64,000 bases of DNA from Eubacteriales bacterium (GCA_045595365.1 JAZOAI010000005.1:1198-65197), one strand, 5' to 3'; positions 22,772-31,936 are shown, counted from the stretch's first letter. Notes: a model not told the origin generated them from the sequence alone. Numbers and translations are program-made.

Positions 22772-22800
22772 ATAATAACAGAATTTCCAAAAAATGTCAA
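22772..22800 (-). promoter_or_regulatory. sigma-A promoter of candidate sRNA
   Basis: Minus strand TTGACA-17 bp-TATTAT with extended TG. Confidence 0.75.
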
Positions 22801-22886
22801 CAACTTTTTTGGAAAAATTTTCCAGTAACCAATTTTGGCTGAGAACATAGAATGAAGTGAAAAAACTTTTAGGAGGTATCAGCCAC

Positions 22887-22988
22887 ATGTTATGTAACGA
22901 CAATTTCTCTGACAACTGCTGCAACTGGATCATCATCATCGCAGCTATCGTAGTAGTTTGGCTTCTTTGCGGCAATAACTGCAACTAA
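22887..22988 (+). CDS. 33-aa Cys-rich hydrophobic peptide, probably sporulation-related (not in ORF track)
   Basis: AGGAGGT RBS; MLCNDNFSDNCCNWIIIIAAIVVVWLLCGNNCN; sigma-K-like AC-N16-CATAGAAT upstream; terminator downstream. Confidence 0.75.
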   Translation: MLCNDNFSDNCCNWIIIIAAIVVVWLLCGNNCN

Positions 22989-23003
22989 AATTTTCTGAAA
23001 GTT

Positions 23004-23037
23004 AAAAGAAGCAGGGGGTAGAAGCCCCCTGCTTCTT
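23004..23037. terminator. Bidirectional terminator
   Basis: agaagcaggggg/ccccctgcttct between convergent genes. Confidence 0.8.
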
Positions 23038-23276
23038 CACTTTAGGATTTGAGAAATTGCTATATACGACACGGCTCCCGGAATCCCGAGAAAGCAGGAA
23101 AGGGAAAACCCGACCAGGTTCAGAGCAACCCCGAGATTTAAGAGCTTTGCGGCGGTAAGAGTACATAAACCGAGAACTGCGCGCATTGACGCGCGCCGTA
23201 TATTTTTAGAAAGAAAAAGAAGGATAACGAAGCAAAAAAGAAAAAGGAAAATTAAATTTTTGTGCATAAGTGGCAC
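23037..23276 (-). CDS. bofA: Pro-sigmaK processing inhibitor BofA family
   Basis: Small hydrophobic protein with N....LGIPG motif, downstream of yaaL. Confidence 0.75.
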   Translation of the reverse strand: MPLMHKNLIFLFLFCFVILLFLSKNIRRASMRAVLGLCTLTAAKLLNLGVALNLVGFSLSCFLGIPGAVSYIAISQILK

Positions 23277-23284
23277 ACCCCGGA

Positions 23285-23599
23285 TCAGATTTTGAGCTTT
23301 CCTTGTGCGAAGGTTTCCTCAGCTAATGATGAAAGCTTTGCCTTGCGAAGGAGAAAGCTGTATCGCGCTTCTGCTGATTTTATTTCGTATATGCACGCTT
23401 CAATCATCTCGGGACTTGAGGCTTCCTCGAAGCACGAGCGGGCATGTCGTATATCGGAAATTGCTTTTTCAATGTCAGCAAGGAGAAGCTTTCGATCTTT
23501 GTCAAGCTCATCGACAACAGGTTTTGTGAAAAACCTCTTAAAAAACGGAGAAACTTTTTTGCGAAAAACCGTGTATCTCTTCTGTAATGCCTTGTCCAT
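23285..23599 (-). CDS. yaaL: YaaL/DUF2508 family protein
   Basis: F..A..PEMIEACIYEIKSAEARYSFLLRKAK; synteny with bofA. Confidence 0.8.
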   Translation of the reverse strand: MDKALQKRYTVFRKKVSPFFKRFFTKPVVDELDKDRKLLLADIEKAISDIRHARSCFEEASSPEMIEACIYEIKSAEARYSFLLRKAKLSSLAEETFAQGKLKI

Positions 23600-23772
23600 A
23601 TAAAAACCTCCTAAGCAGCCTCAATGGGCCAATTAAACTTCCCGGTACTCTATATATATTTTCTATTTTGGACAATTATTCCCTAAAGAATACACATTTT
23701 GAAAATATTAACCGCCGTTACCGTAAATTATTGTGCTTGTGTATTTGTTAAAAAAATGTTATAATATAACAT

Positions 23773-24273
23773 ATGTTTTCAAAGAAGGTGTGTGCTGTGG
23801 CAATTGCTCCCGAATTGATAGTTTTTCTCATATCCATGGTTCCCGTTGCCGAGCTTCGCGGCGCGATTCCGTATGGCGCCGCGCTCGAAATTCCGTTCTG
23901 GTCAAACTTCATCATTTCAATTGTCGGGAATATGCTTCCGATTCCGTTTATTGTTCTTTTTGTCCGAAAGATTTTTGACTGGCTTAAAACAAAGCGTCTG
24001 TTCAAAGGCTTTGCCGACTGGAGCGAAAAGCACGTTATGGGGAAACAAAGCATCATCTCAAAGTACGAAATCATCGGGCTTGTGATACTCGTTGCAATTC
24101 CGCTTCCGGGAACGGGCGCGTGGACAGGCGCCATGCTTGCCGGGCTTTTGGGTATGCGTCTTAAGAACGCTTTGCCCGCGATTTTTGCTGGGGTTATAAT
24201 TGCCGCCATCATTGTTGCCGGCGTTTCATACGGCTTCATAGGAGCCATTGATTTTCTCTCTCTTCACGCATAG
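23773..24273 (+). CDS. Small multidrug export protein (COG2426); start may be GTG 23797
   Basis: SMVPVAELRGAIP, AIPLPGTGAWTG. Confidence 0.85.
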   Translation: MFSKKVCAVAIAPELIVFLISMVPVAELRGAIPYGAALEIPFWSNFIISIVGNMLPIPFIVLFVRKIFDWLKTKRLFKGFADWSEKHVMGKQSIISKYEIIGLVILVAIPLPGTGAWTGAMLAGLLGMRLKNALPAIFAGVIIAAIIVAGVSYGFIGAIDFLSLHA

Positions 24274-24312
24274 CACAGCCTTTGCATAAGATATTGCGGA
24301 GGTGTGGCTGAT

Positions 24313-24483
24313 ATGCTGCTTGCTGTAATATCTGATGCTGTTGTCGCAATTTTTTCTGCATTTGTTATAATATACGCTTTGACGTTTTCGTTTCATTGTA
24401 TTTTCTTATCTGATGGCTCCGAGCCATTTTCGTTCGAGCGGTTTTCCGGAAGAATAAAGAAGTTAGACCGAAAGGAAAAATAA
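24313..24483 (+). CDS. 56-aa single-TM hypothetical protein (not in ORF track)
   Basis: GGAGGTG RBS; MLLAVISDAVVAIFSAFVIIYALTFSFHCIFL...KKLDRKEK; TAATG overlap with recD2. Confidence 0.55.
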   Translation: MLLAVISDAVVAIFSAFVIIYALTFSFHCIFLSDGSEPFSFERFSGRIKKLDRKEK

Positions 24484-26690
24484 TGGCTGAAGAATTGATG
24501 ATTTGCGGCGTTATTGAGTCCGTAATTTTTAAGAACGACGATAACGGATATGCCGTTTTGAAGTTAATAGATGAAGACGGCAGTGAGATTATTGCTGTCG
24601 GGTGTGTGCCGTTTGCCGGGATAGGGGAATACATAGAGGCGAGCGGAACGTGGGCAAACCACGCATCCTATGGCGAGCAGTTCAAAATTTCATCGTTTCA
24701 CAGAACGCTGCCCACTTCGTCGGCACTCATCCTTGAATACTTGTCATCAGGTACTATTCGCGGAATCGGCAGAAAAACTGCTGAAAAAATTGTAGAGCTT
24801 TTTGGAGACGACAGTCTCTATATAATTGAACGCTATCCGAAGCGCCTTTGCGAGGTTGCGGGGATTACCGCAAAAAAGGCAGAGCAGATAGGCCGCCAGT
24901 TTGAGTTGCAAAATGCATTGATGCTGCTTATGGAGTTTCTCAATGAAAACGGGCTTGAGCCGGAGATTGCCGTCTCGCTTTTTCACAGCTACGGCAAAAA
25001 TGCTTCTGAGGCGGTAAGGAACAATCCGTATATCCTTTCCGGCGCGGACATCGGTGTTCCGTTTTACAAGGCGGACAGGCTTGCCTTAAATATGGGGTTT
25101 GAAGGTGATTCGCGAGAAAGGCTTTCTGCGGCTGTTCTTTATGAGCTGCGCTTTAATTCCGATTCGGGGCATACGTTTCTGCCCAAAAATAAGCTTGCTT
25201 ACGCAACAGCAAAGCTTTTAAATCTTGAGGAAACGGACATAGAAGCAACAATATCAAAGCTGATAGATGAGGGCGAGATTATTTCTGAGGAAATCTGCGG
25301 AGTATGCGCGTGCTATCTCTCACGGCTGTATGATAATGAAACATACGTCGCAAAAAAGCTTTCGGCGATGTCAATGAGAAACGATCGCGCGGGTATATCG
25401 TGCGAAGAACTCATAACGCGGGCTGAAGCGGAGTGTGGAATAGAGTTTGAGCCTATGCAGAAAAGTGCCATTGATATGGCTGTGAATAACTCGGTTATGC
25501 TTCTCACGGGAGGCCCCGGAACGGGAAAAACAACTGTAATTCAGGGGATGCTCTCTGCATTTGATAAAATGAAGCTTCGCGTGATGCTCGCAGCGCCGAC
25601 AGGGCGCGCGGCAAAGCGAATGAGTGAGTTTTGTAAGGTTGAAGCAAAAACAATCCACCGTCTCCTTGAAATATGCTATGAAGACGGCGCGATTGAGCCG
25701 GTCTTTGCGAAAAATGAACATAGCCCGCTTGAAGCAGATGTCCTTATAATTGATGAGATGTCTATGGTTGATATTTCTCTTATTGCAGCAACGCTTCGCG
25801 CACTTCCTGCAAGGTGCAAACTCATTCTTGTCGGAGATGCGGACCAGCTTCCGTCTGTCGGCCCGGGTAACGTGTTTAACGACCTTCTCAATTCAGAAAG
25901 CTTTCCGACAGTTCGCCTTTCTCATATTTTCAGACAAGCGGCGGAGAGCGATATAATAGTAGGGGCGCACGCGGTAAATAGCGGAGACCTTCCCGACCTT
26001 AAGAAAAATGACAACGACCTCTTCTTTCTAAGAAGAAATAAGGATGAAGATATTGTCGAGACGGTGCTTGAACTCTGCAAGAGGCGGCTTCCTGAAAATA
26101 TGAAGATTCCATCATCCCAGATTCAGGTGCTTTCAGTCAGCCGAAAGGCAGAGATAGGAACAGTTGAGCTTAACCGAAGGCTTCAGGCAGAGCTTAACCC
26201 GCCGGAGGAAGGAAAAGATGAAAAGAGAATCGGCGACAGGCTTTTTCGCCTCGGCGATCGCGTTATGCAGATTAAGAACAACTACACCACCGCCTGGTAC
26301 AGTATGTATGGCGGCGAAGTGGGATACGGTGTTTTTAATGGCGATATAGGCGAAATAATAAGCATAGACACACGCGATGAAATGCTTACCGTCAATTTTG
26401 ATTCGAAGCTTGTCCACTATCCTTTTTCGGGGCTACACGAGCTTGAGCTTGCATATGCTATGACTGTGCATAAATCTCAGGGTAGCGAGTTTCGCGCGGT
26501 AGTTCTTGCCGCGGGGAAGAGCGCACCGGCGCTTTTGCATCGAAGCGTTTTGTATACGGCAATGACAAGGGCGAGAGAGCTTCTGATAATTGTCGGCGAC
26601 GTAGGAGTAATAGAATATATGGTAAACAACAAAAAACAGCGAAACAGATACAGCGCGCTGCGCGCAAGGATTTTATCACTGTTGAATTAG
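24483..26690 (+). CDS. recD2: ATP-dependent RecD2-like DNA helicase
   Basis: HhH N-terminus, TGGPGTGKT, APTGRAAKR, DEMSM, AYAMTVHKSQGSE. Confidence 0.95.
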   Translation: MAEELMICGVIESVIFKNDDNGYAVLKLIDEDGSEIIAVGCVPFAGIGEYIEASGTWANHASYGEQFKISSFHRTLPTSSALILEYLSSGTIRGIGRKTAEKIVELFGDDSLYIIERYPKRLCEVAGITAKKAEQIGRQFELQNALMLLMEFLNENGLEPEIAVSLFHSYGKNASEAVRNNPYILSGADIGVPFYKADRLALNMGFEGDSRERLSAAVLYELRFNSDSGHTFLPKNKLAYATAKLLNLEETDIEATISKLIDEGEIISEEICGVCACYLSRLYDNETYVAKKLSAMSMRNDRAGISCEELITRAEAECGIEFEPMQKSAIDMAVNNSVMLLTGGPGTGKTTVIQGMLSAFDKMKLRVMLAAPTGRAAKRMSEFCKVEAKTIHRLLEICYEDGAIEPVFAKNEHSPLEADVLIIDEMSMVDISLIAATLRALPARCKLILVGDADQLPSVGPGNVFNDLLNSESFPTVRLSHIFRQAAESDIIVGAHAVNSGDLPDLKKNDNDLFFLRRNKDEDIVETVLELCKRRLPENMKIPSSQIQVLSVSRKAEIGTVELNRRLQAELNPPEEGKDEKRIGDRLFRLGDRVMQIKNNYTTAWYSMYGGEVGYGVFNGDIGEIISIDTRDEMLTVNFDSKLVHYPFSGLHELELAYAMTVHKSQGSEFRAVVLAAGKSAPALLHRSVLYTAMTRARELLIIVGDVGVIEYMVNNKKQRNRYSALRARILSLLN

Positions 26691-26701
26691 GTGGTGTTTT
26701 T

Positions 26702-27361
26702 GTGAGGTTTCGTGACTTTATAAGTAAATACATCTTCCCCCCGAAATGCGTGTTTTGCCGCAGGGTGATGGAGGAAGACGGGGTTTGCGACAAATGCAAA
26801 GCAACCTTGCCGAGGCGAAGCTCGAAGGAATCAGGCGAATCCGTGATGTTTGTTGATGGCGTCTATTCATACTTTCATTATGAGGGAGATGTCCGAAACG
26901 CGCTCATAAGATATAAATTCGGTGGTCTTTCAAAATATTCGGTAGATTTTGCGGTATATCTTGAGGAGTGCATAAAAGAATGTCTTTTGGGACAATATGA
27001 TATAATTTCATGGGTTCCGCTGAGCAAGCGGCGCCTTCGAAGCCGAGGATATGACCAGGCAAGGCTTCTTGCTGAGGAGGTTTCAAAAAGGCTTGGGGTG
27101 CAACCGGTAAGAACTCTTATCAAAAGCCGCGATACCGCTCCGCAATCGCGTCAACCGGATATCTCGAAGCGTATGGCGAATATCCTCGGCGCTTATGACA
27201 CGGCATCGTTTGACCCTACAGGGAAACGAATCGTTCTGATTGACGATATTTTCACAACAGGAAGCACTGTGAGCGAATGTGCGCGTGTCCTGAAGACTGC
27301 AGGGGCAGATAAGGTGTATATAGTTACGGTCGCAAAAACACGTCAGAGAAAAAAGAATTGA
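26702..27361 (+). CDS. comF: ComF family amidophosphoribosyltransferase-like protein
   Basis: N-terminal CxxC..CxxC, RGYDQA, LIDDIFTTGST. Confidence 0.9.
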   Translation: MRFRDFISKYIFPPKCVFCRRVMEEDGVCDKCKATLPRRSSKESGESVMFVDGVYSYFHYEGDVRNALIRYKFGGLSKYSVDFAVYLEECIKECLLGQYDIISWVPLSKRRLRSRGYDQARLLAEEVSKRLGVQPVRTLIKSRDTAPQSRQPDISKRMANILGAYDTASFDPTGKRIVLIDDIFTTGSTVSECARVLKTAGADKVYIVTVAKTRQRKKN

Positions 27362-27419
27362 AAAATTTTCAAAATAGGGTATAATATACTTATGAATAAA
27401 ATTTGAGGTGGTAATGCAA

Positions 27420-28451
27420 ATGGTATTTAGCAGAGATATTGGAATTGATTTGGGAACTGCTTCTATCCTCGTCTATGTTAAGGGAAAGGGTATAGTCCTT
27501 CGCGAGCCGTCGGTTGTTGCAGTCGATAAGACTACCGACAAGGTTTTGAAGGTAGGCCTTGAAGCACAGAAAATGCTCGGGAGAACCCCGGGTAACATCA
27601 TCGCAATTCGCCCGCTTCGCGGCGGCGTTATTTCGGACTACGAAATGACAGAGCATATGATTAAGAACTTCATCCGCCGTGTTATGGGAGGATTTAGCCT
27701 CATAAAGCCGCGCGTTGTTATCTGTGTTCCGAGCGGAATAACCGAAGTTGAAGAACGCGCAGTTATAGATGCGGGCCGTCAGGCAGGCGCAAGAGCTGTC
27801 TATCTTATCGAAGAGCCTATTGCCGCAGCAATCGGCGCGGGCATTAAGATTGACGAGCCGGACGGGAATATGGTTATCGACATCGGCGGAGGAACTACCG
27901 ACATAGCTGTAATCTCTCTCTCTAATATAGTTGAGTCTTCTTCTATCAAAATTGCGGGCGACCACTTCGATGAATACATCGTCAAGTACATACGCCGCAA
28001 GCACAACGTGCTTATAGGCGAGCGTACTGCCGAGGATCTTAAGATCAACATTGGTTGCGTTTTCCCGCGCCCTGAAGAAATTTCAATGGAAATCAAGGGG
28101 CGTTGCCTTATGACAGGGCTTCCGAGAATTTTCACGGTCACATCAAGCGAAATGCTTGAAGCGCTTGAAGAGCCGGCAACAAGAATCGTCGAGTCTATCC
28201 ACAACGTTCTTGAACGCACACCGCCCGAGCTCGTCGGCGATATTTCAACAAACGGAATCGTTCTTACGGGCGGCGGCGCGCTTGTATGGGGATTTGCGGA
28301 GCTTATCCAGTCAAAGACCGGCATTGACACCCGCGTTGCAGACGAGGCTGTTTCGTGTGTTGTTTACGGAACGGGAAAAACGCTTGATGACCTTTCTTCA
28401 ATGCAGGACGGCACATTGAACCTCTCAAGAAGAAGACAGATTTTATCCTAA
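27420..28451 (+). CDS. mreB: Rod shape-determining protein MreB/Mbl family
   Basis: IGIDLGTA, EPSVVA, DIGGGTTD, LTGGGAL. Confidence 0.93.
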   Translation: MVFSRDIGIDLGTASILVYVKGKGIVLREPSVVAVDKTTDKVLKVGLEAQKMLGRTPGNIIAIRPLRGGVISDYEMTEHMIKNFIRRVMGGFSLIKPRVVICVPSGITEVEERAVIDAGRQAGARAVYLIEEPIAAAIGAGIKIDEPDGNMVIDIGGGTTDIAVISLSNIVESSSIKIAGDHFDEYIVKYIRRKHNVLIGERTAEDLKINIGCVFPRPEEISMEIKGRCLMTGLPRIFTVTSSEMLEALEEPATRIVESIHNVLERTPPELVGDISTNGIVLTGGGALVWGFAELIQSKTGIDTRVADEAVSCVVYGTGKTLDDLSSMQDGTLNLSRRRQILS

Positions 28452-28531
28452 GAATCATAAAAAAAATTCAGCAATCAAAATTGCAGAATTCTTTTTAGGG
28501 AGTAATTTATTTTCGCAAAAGTGATATAATT

Positions 28532-28622
28532 AAAAGAGAACAAGGCCCGCGGCAAAATTCCGCAAACCTCGTTCAAGGGGGATGAGTATGGGGATTGTTT
28601 AATGTACACATGTTCTGTGCAT
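28532..28622 (-). ncRNA. Candidate small RNA (C-rich)
   Basis: Minus-strand TGATATACT extended -10, 5' hairpin, ATCCCCATACTCATCCCCC linker, 3' hairpin plus TCTTTT. Confidence 0.45.
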
Positions 28623-28740
28623 ATTTGTAGTATATCATTAAAAAACGAAAAAATAGTTGATGAACTGTAAACAAAAGAAAAACAGTCGGTAAATAAACTG
28701 TTAACAAGCTGAGCAATTCTGATTTGAATGGAGAAAAAGT

Positions 28741-30069
28741 ATGATTAAGATAAATGTAGAAAGAATTGCAAATGATGTTTCAAAAGAGGAGCTTAATTCA
28801 ATTTTGCCCCGTCTTTCAAAAGCGCATGACACGCTTGTGGGCAAAACGGGAAAAGGCTCGGATTTTCTCGGCTGGCTCAATTTGCCGGGAGAAATTGATG
28901 GGGAAGAGCTTTTGCGTGTGAAGGCCTGTGCAGAAAAAATAAAGGCAGATTCCGACGTTCTTCTTGTTATAGGCATAGGCGGGTCATATCTCGGCGCGCG
29001 CGCTGCGATAGAGTTTATAAAGGGCAACTCCTATAATCAGCATACTGAAGGGATGCCTGAAGTTTATTTCGTGGGAAACAACTTAAGCTCTGATTATATA
29101 AATGAAATAATCGGGATTATCGGCGAGCGCGACTTTTCAATAAATGTGATTTCAAAATCAGGCTCTACCACAGAGCCCGCCGTAGCTTTCCGCATATTCA
29201 AGGATATGATAGAGAAAAAGTACGGCAAGGAAAATGCAAGGAAGAGAATATACGCGACGACCGACAAGGCGCGCGGTGCGCTTAAAACCCTTGCAGATAA
29301 CGAAGGCTATGAGACCTTTGTTATTCCGGACAATGTCGGCGGGAGATACTCTGTTCTTACCCCCGTCGGGCTTTTGCCCATGGCAGTTGCCGGGATTGAT
29401 ATTGACGCGGCGCTTTCCGGCGCTCGGAAAGCTATGGAAAAGCTTATCAACACAAAGGACTTCACAAATCCCGCATGGGTTTATGCGGGAGCGCGGAACC
29501 TCATGTATGAAAAAGGAAAAAAGGTTGAAATCCTTGCGTGCTTTGAACCGAAATTCAAGTATATGGCAGAATGGTGGAAGCAGCTATTCGGAGAAAGTGA
29601 AGGAAAGGATAATGTCGGTATCTTTCCGGCATCAGTCGAGCTCACGGCAGACCTTCACTCTATGGGCCAGTATATTCAGCAGGGAGAGCGTATGCTCCAG
29701 GAGACGTTTGTTTCAATAGGCAAGCCGAAAAAAGACATAGAGGTTCCGCATAACGATGGGGATTTTGACGGCCTCAATTATCTTGCGGGGAAAACTCTTG
29801 ATTTTGTAAATGACAATGCTTATATGGGCACCGCTATCGCTCATGAGGCAGGCGGAGTTCCGAATATGTGCATTGAGCTTTCGGATTCTTCTGCAGCAAG
29901 CTTTGGTTATATGGTTTATTTCTTCGAGTTTGCGTGCGGGCTTTCAGGATATACGCTCGGAGTCAACCCGTTTGACCAGCCGGGAGTTGAGGCATATAAG
30001 AAAAATATGTTTGCGCTTCTCGGTAAACCGGGCTTTGAGGAGCTTCGAGAAGAAATTTTAAAAAAGTAA
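28741..30069 (+). CDS. pgi: Glucose-6-phosphate isomerase
   Basis: GIGGSYLG, SKSGSTTE, GGRYSV, WWKQLFGESEGK, FDQPGVEAYK. Confidence 0.98.
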   Translation: MIKINVERIANDVSKEELNSILPRLSKAHDTLVGKTGKGSDFLGWLNLPGEIDGEELLRVKACAEKIKADSDVLLVIGIGGSYLGARAAIEFIKGNSYNQHTEGMPEVYFVGNNLSSDYINEIIGIIGERDFSINVISKSGSTTEPAVAFRIFKDMIEKKYGKENARKRIYATTDKARGALKTLADNEGYETFVIPDNVGGRYSVLTPVGLLPMAVAGIDIDAALSGARKAMEKLINTKDFTNPAWVYAGARNLMYEKGKKVEILACFEPKFKYMAEWWKQLFGESEGKDNVGIFPASVELTADLHSMGQYIQQGERMLQETFVSIGKPKKDIEVPHNDGDFDGLNYLAGKTLDFVNDNAYMGTAIAHEAGGVPNMCIELSDSSAASFGYMVYFFEFACGLSGYTLGVNPFDQPGVEAYKKNMFALLGKPGFEELREEILKK

Positions 30070-30090
30070 CAAATTTTATTTAAATACCCA

Positions 30091-30119
30091 TTGAGCTTTT
30101 GGCTAAAATGTGTTATCAT
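30091..30119 (+). promoter_or_regulatory. sigma-A promoter
   Basis: TTGAGC-17 bp-TATCAT with extended TG. Confidence 0.6.
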
Positions 30120-30213
30120 ATATATAAGCAAAAGCTCAACCTGCAAAGGTTGAAATTCGGCAATCGCTTGCCGTGAAAGCGAGGACCGCGTTTTGCGGAG
30201 TAAGGAGTGTATT

Positions 30214-30621
30214 ATGGTTCGTGTAATTATGGGACTTCAGGGCCATGGAAAAACAAAGCAGATTATTGAGCTCACCAACAAGGCTGCGGCTGAGGATTTG
30301 ACAGTTGCTTGCGTTGAGCGTGGCACGAAGCTTACATATGATATAAGTCACAAGGCTCGCTTGGTTGACGTTTCAGGATACTTTATCGAAAGCTATGAAC
30401 ACCTCAAGGCCTTCATTTGCGGAATGCATTCTGCAAACTTTGACCTCTCAAAGATTTTTATTGACAGCCTTTATAAGGTTTCAAAGTGCGATTGCACTAA
30501 AGAAACAGAGGAATTCCTCCTCTGGGCAGAGTCCTTCGGCGCAGAACACGGAATTGATTTTGTAATCACAATCAGCGCTGACCAGGCAGGTGCTTCTGAA
30601 ACAATTCGCAAGTTTTTCTAA
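30214..30621 (+). CDS. Small conserved clostridial P-loop protein
   Basis: GLQGHGKT Walker A, IFIDS; AAGGAG RBS. Confidence 0.75.
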   Translation: MVRVIMGLQGHGKTKQIIELTNKAAAEDLTVACVERGTKLTYDISHKARLVDVSGYFIESYEHLKAFICGMHSANFDLSKIFIDSLYKVSKCDCTKETEEFLLWAESFGAEHGIDFVITISADQAGASETIRKFF

Positions 30622-30630
30622 TTAAAGCAT

Positions 30631-30670
30631 AAAACACCGCTTCGGGCAAAACCGAAGCGGTGTTCTTTTT
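30631..30670. terminator. Bidirectional terminator
   Basis: aacaccgcttcgg/ccgaagcggtgtt plus T tail. Confidence 0.85.
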
Positions 30671-31503
30671 CAGCTCTTTTTCATAATGTGTCGGAGTGCG
30701 TGTGTGATTCCGTTTTGGTCATTCGGGAGCGTAACAAAGTCTGCAATTTGCTTTATCGAATCATCTGCATTTCCCATCGCTACAGAGAAGCCTGCGCTGA
30801 GGAGCATATCTGCATCGTTTGGGCTGTCTCCGAAGGCAACGATTTCAGAAATTGGGATGTCGAGATATTCTGCCAGAATCCTTATCGCGTTTCCCTTTGA
30901 GGTCGCATCGGGCATAATGTCAATAAGGTCGCGGCCTGCAGGGTCACGCCCTGAAGAAACGAAGGTGAGAGAATTGTTCCGGTTAAAGCGTTCTTCAAGT
31001 TCAGAGATTCTTTCTATATCGTCGTGAACAAGGATTTTTAATACGTCTTCAAAGCCTTTTTCCTTCGGATACTCTGATGCAACCCGGATGGGAACGTGGA
31101 ATTCTTCATTTGTGCTTTCATTATATGCCAGATAGAAATTCACGCGCTCGCTCGAATAGGTGTGGTACACAAAATCAGGAGTGTAAAAAAGATAGTCGGT
31201 TCCCTCAAGCTCAAGCGCGCGGAGCATAGCCTCGGCATCCTCACTTTTTAAAAACTTCTGATGAATTATTTCGCGGGTGATGGGGTTTATTATAACCCCG
31301 CCGTTGCAGGTGATGACGGGATCTGCAATCCCTAAAGCGCTTATATATTCTTTTATCTGAAGCTCTGACCTGCCCGTTGCGATTATGATTTTAACCCCTT
31401 TTTTGCTTAGAGCGTGAAGCGTTGAAAGGTCAGTTTCCGAAATTTTGTTTTCCGGGGTCAGAAGTGTTCCGTCAAGGTCAAACACAGCACAGGAAATTTT
31501 CAT
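30670..31503 (-). CDS. Cof-type HAD hydrolase
   Basis: DLDGTL, ATGR, SKG, FGDSPND. Confidence 0.93.
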   Translation of the reverse strand: MKISCAVFDLDGTLLTPENKISETDLSTLHALSKKGVKIIIATGRSELQIKEYISALGIADPVITCNGGVIINPITREIIHQKFLKSEDAEAMLRALELEGTDYLFYTPDFVYHTYSSERVNFYLAYNESTNEEFHVPIRVASEYPKEKGFEDVLKILVHDDIERISELEERFNRNNSLTFVSSGRDPAGRDLIDIMPDATSKGNAIRILAEYLDIPISEIVAFGDSPNDADMLLSAGFSVAMGNADDSIKQIADFVTLPNDQNGITHALRHIMKKS

Positions 31504-31567
31504 TTTTATACCATTCCTTAATCAAATTGACAGCTATCAGCCATATGGCCGATAGCTGAGTTTAATA

Positions 31568-31906
31568 TTATTCCCAGGTTTTCCAGATGTCAGGGCAGAA
31601 GCCGATTGTTATCTCTCTGCCGTTTCTGACGATTGGAGTTGTGATGAGAGATGGATTCTCCATGAGCTTTTCGCATTTTGCAACATCATCTGCAAGGTAT
31701 TCGATAAAGCTATCTGCATACCCCTTAGCTTTATTGTTAATCATTGCAACAAGCCCCACGCGGCTTTTTACAAGCTCAAATTCGCGAGGGGAGAGGCCGA
31801 AACGCGGAAGGTCAACGGATTGGAACTTGATCCTGCGTTCTTTGAAATAACGCTCTGCTTTTTTTGTGTCAAAGCAGTTTTTTGCACCATAAATCTGAAT
31901 GTTCAT
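31568..31906 (-). CDS. ArsC/Spx family protein
   Basis: CFDTKKAERYFKER, TPIVRNG. Confidence 0.85.
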   Translation of the reverse strand: MNIQIYGAKNCFDTKKAERYFKERRIKFQSVDLPRFGLSPREFELVKSRVGLVAMINNKAKGYADSFIEYLADDVAKCEKLMENPSLITTPIVRNGREITIGFCPDIWKTWE

Positions 31907-31936
31907 CGTATTACCCCAATCAGGAAAATTATTTGA

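Noticed and set aside
27340-27420. raiA-motif RNA next to comF
   Set aside because: The comF-mreB spacer is under 60 nt and holds only a promoter.
28602-28670. 22-aa ORF MYTCSVHICSISLKNEKIVDEL in the pgi upstream region
   Set aside because: The apparent RBS is the complement of the C-rich sRNA seed, and there is no other coding support.
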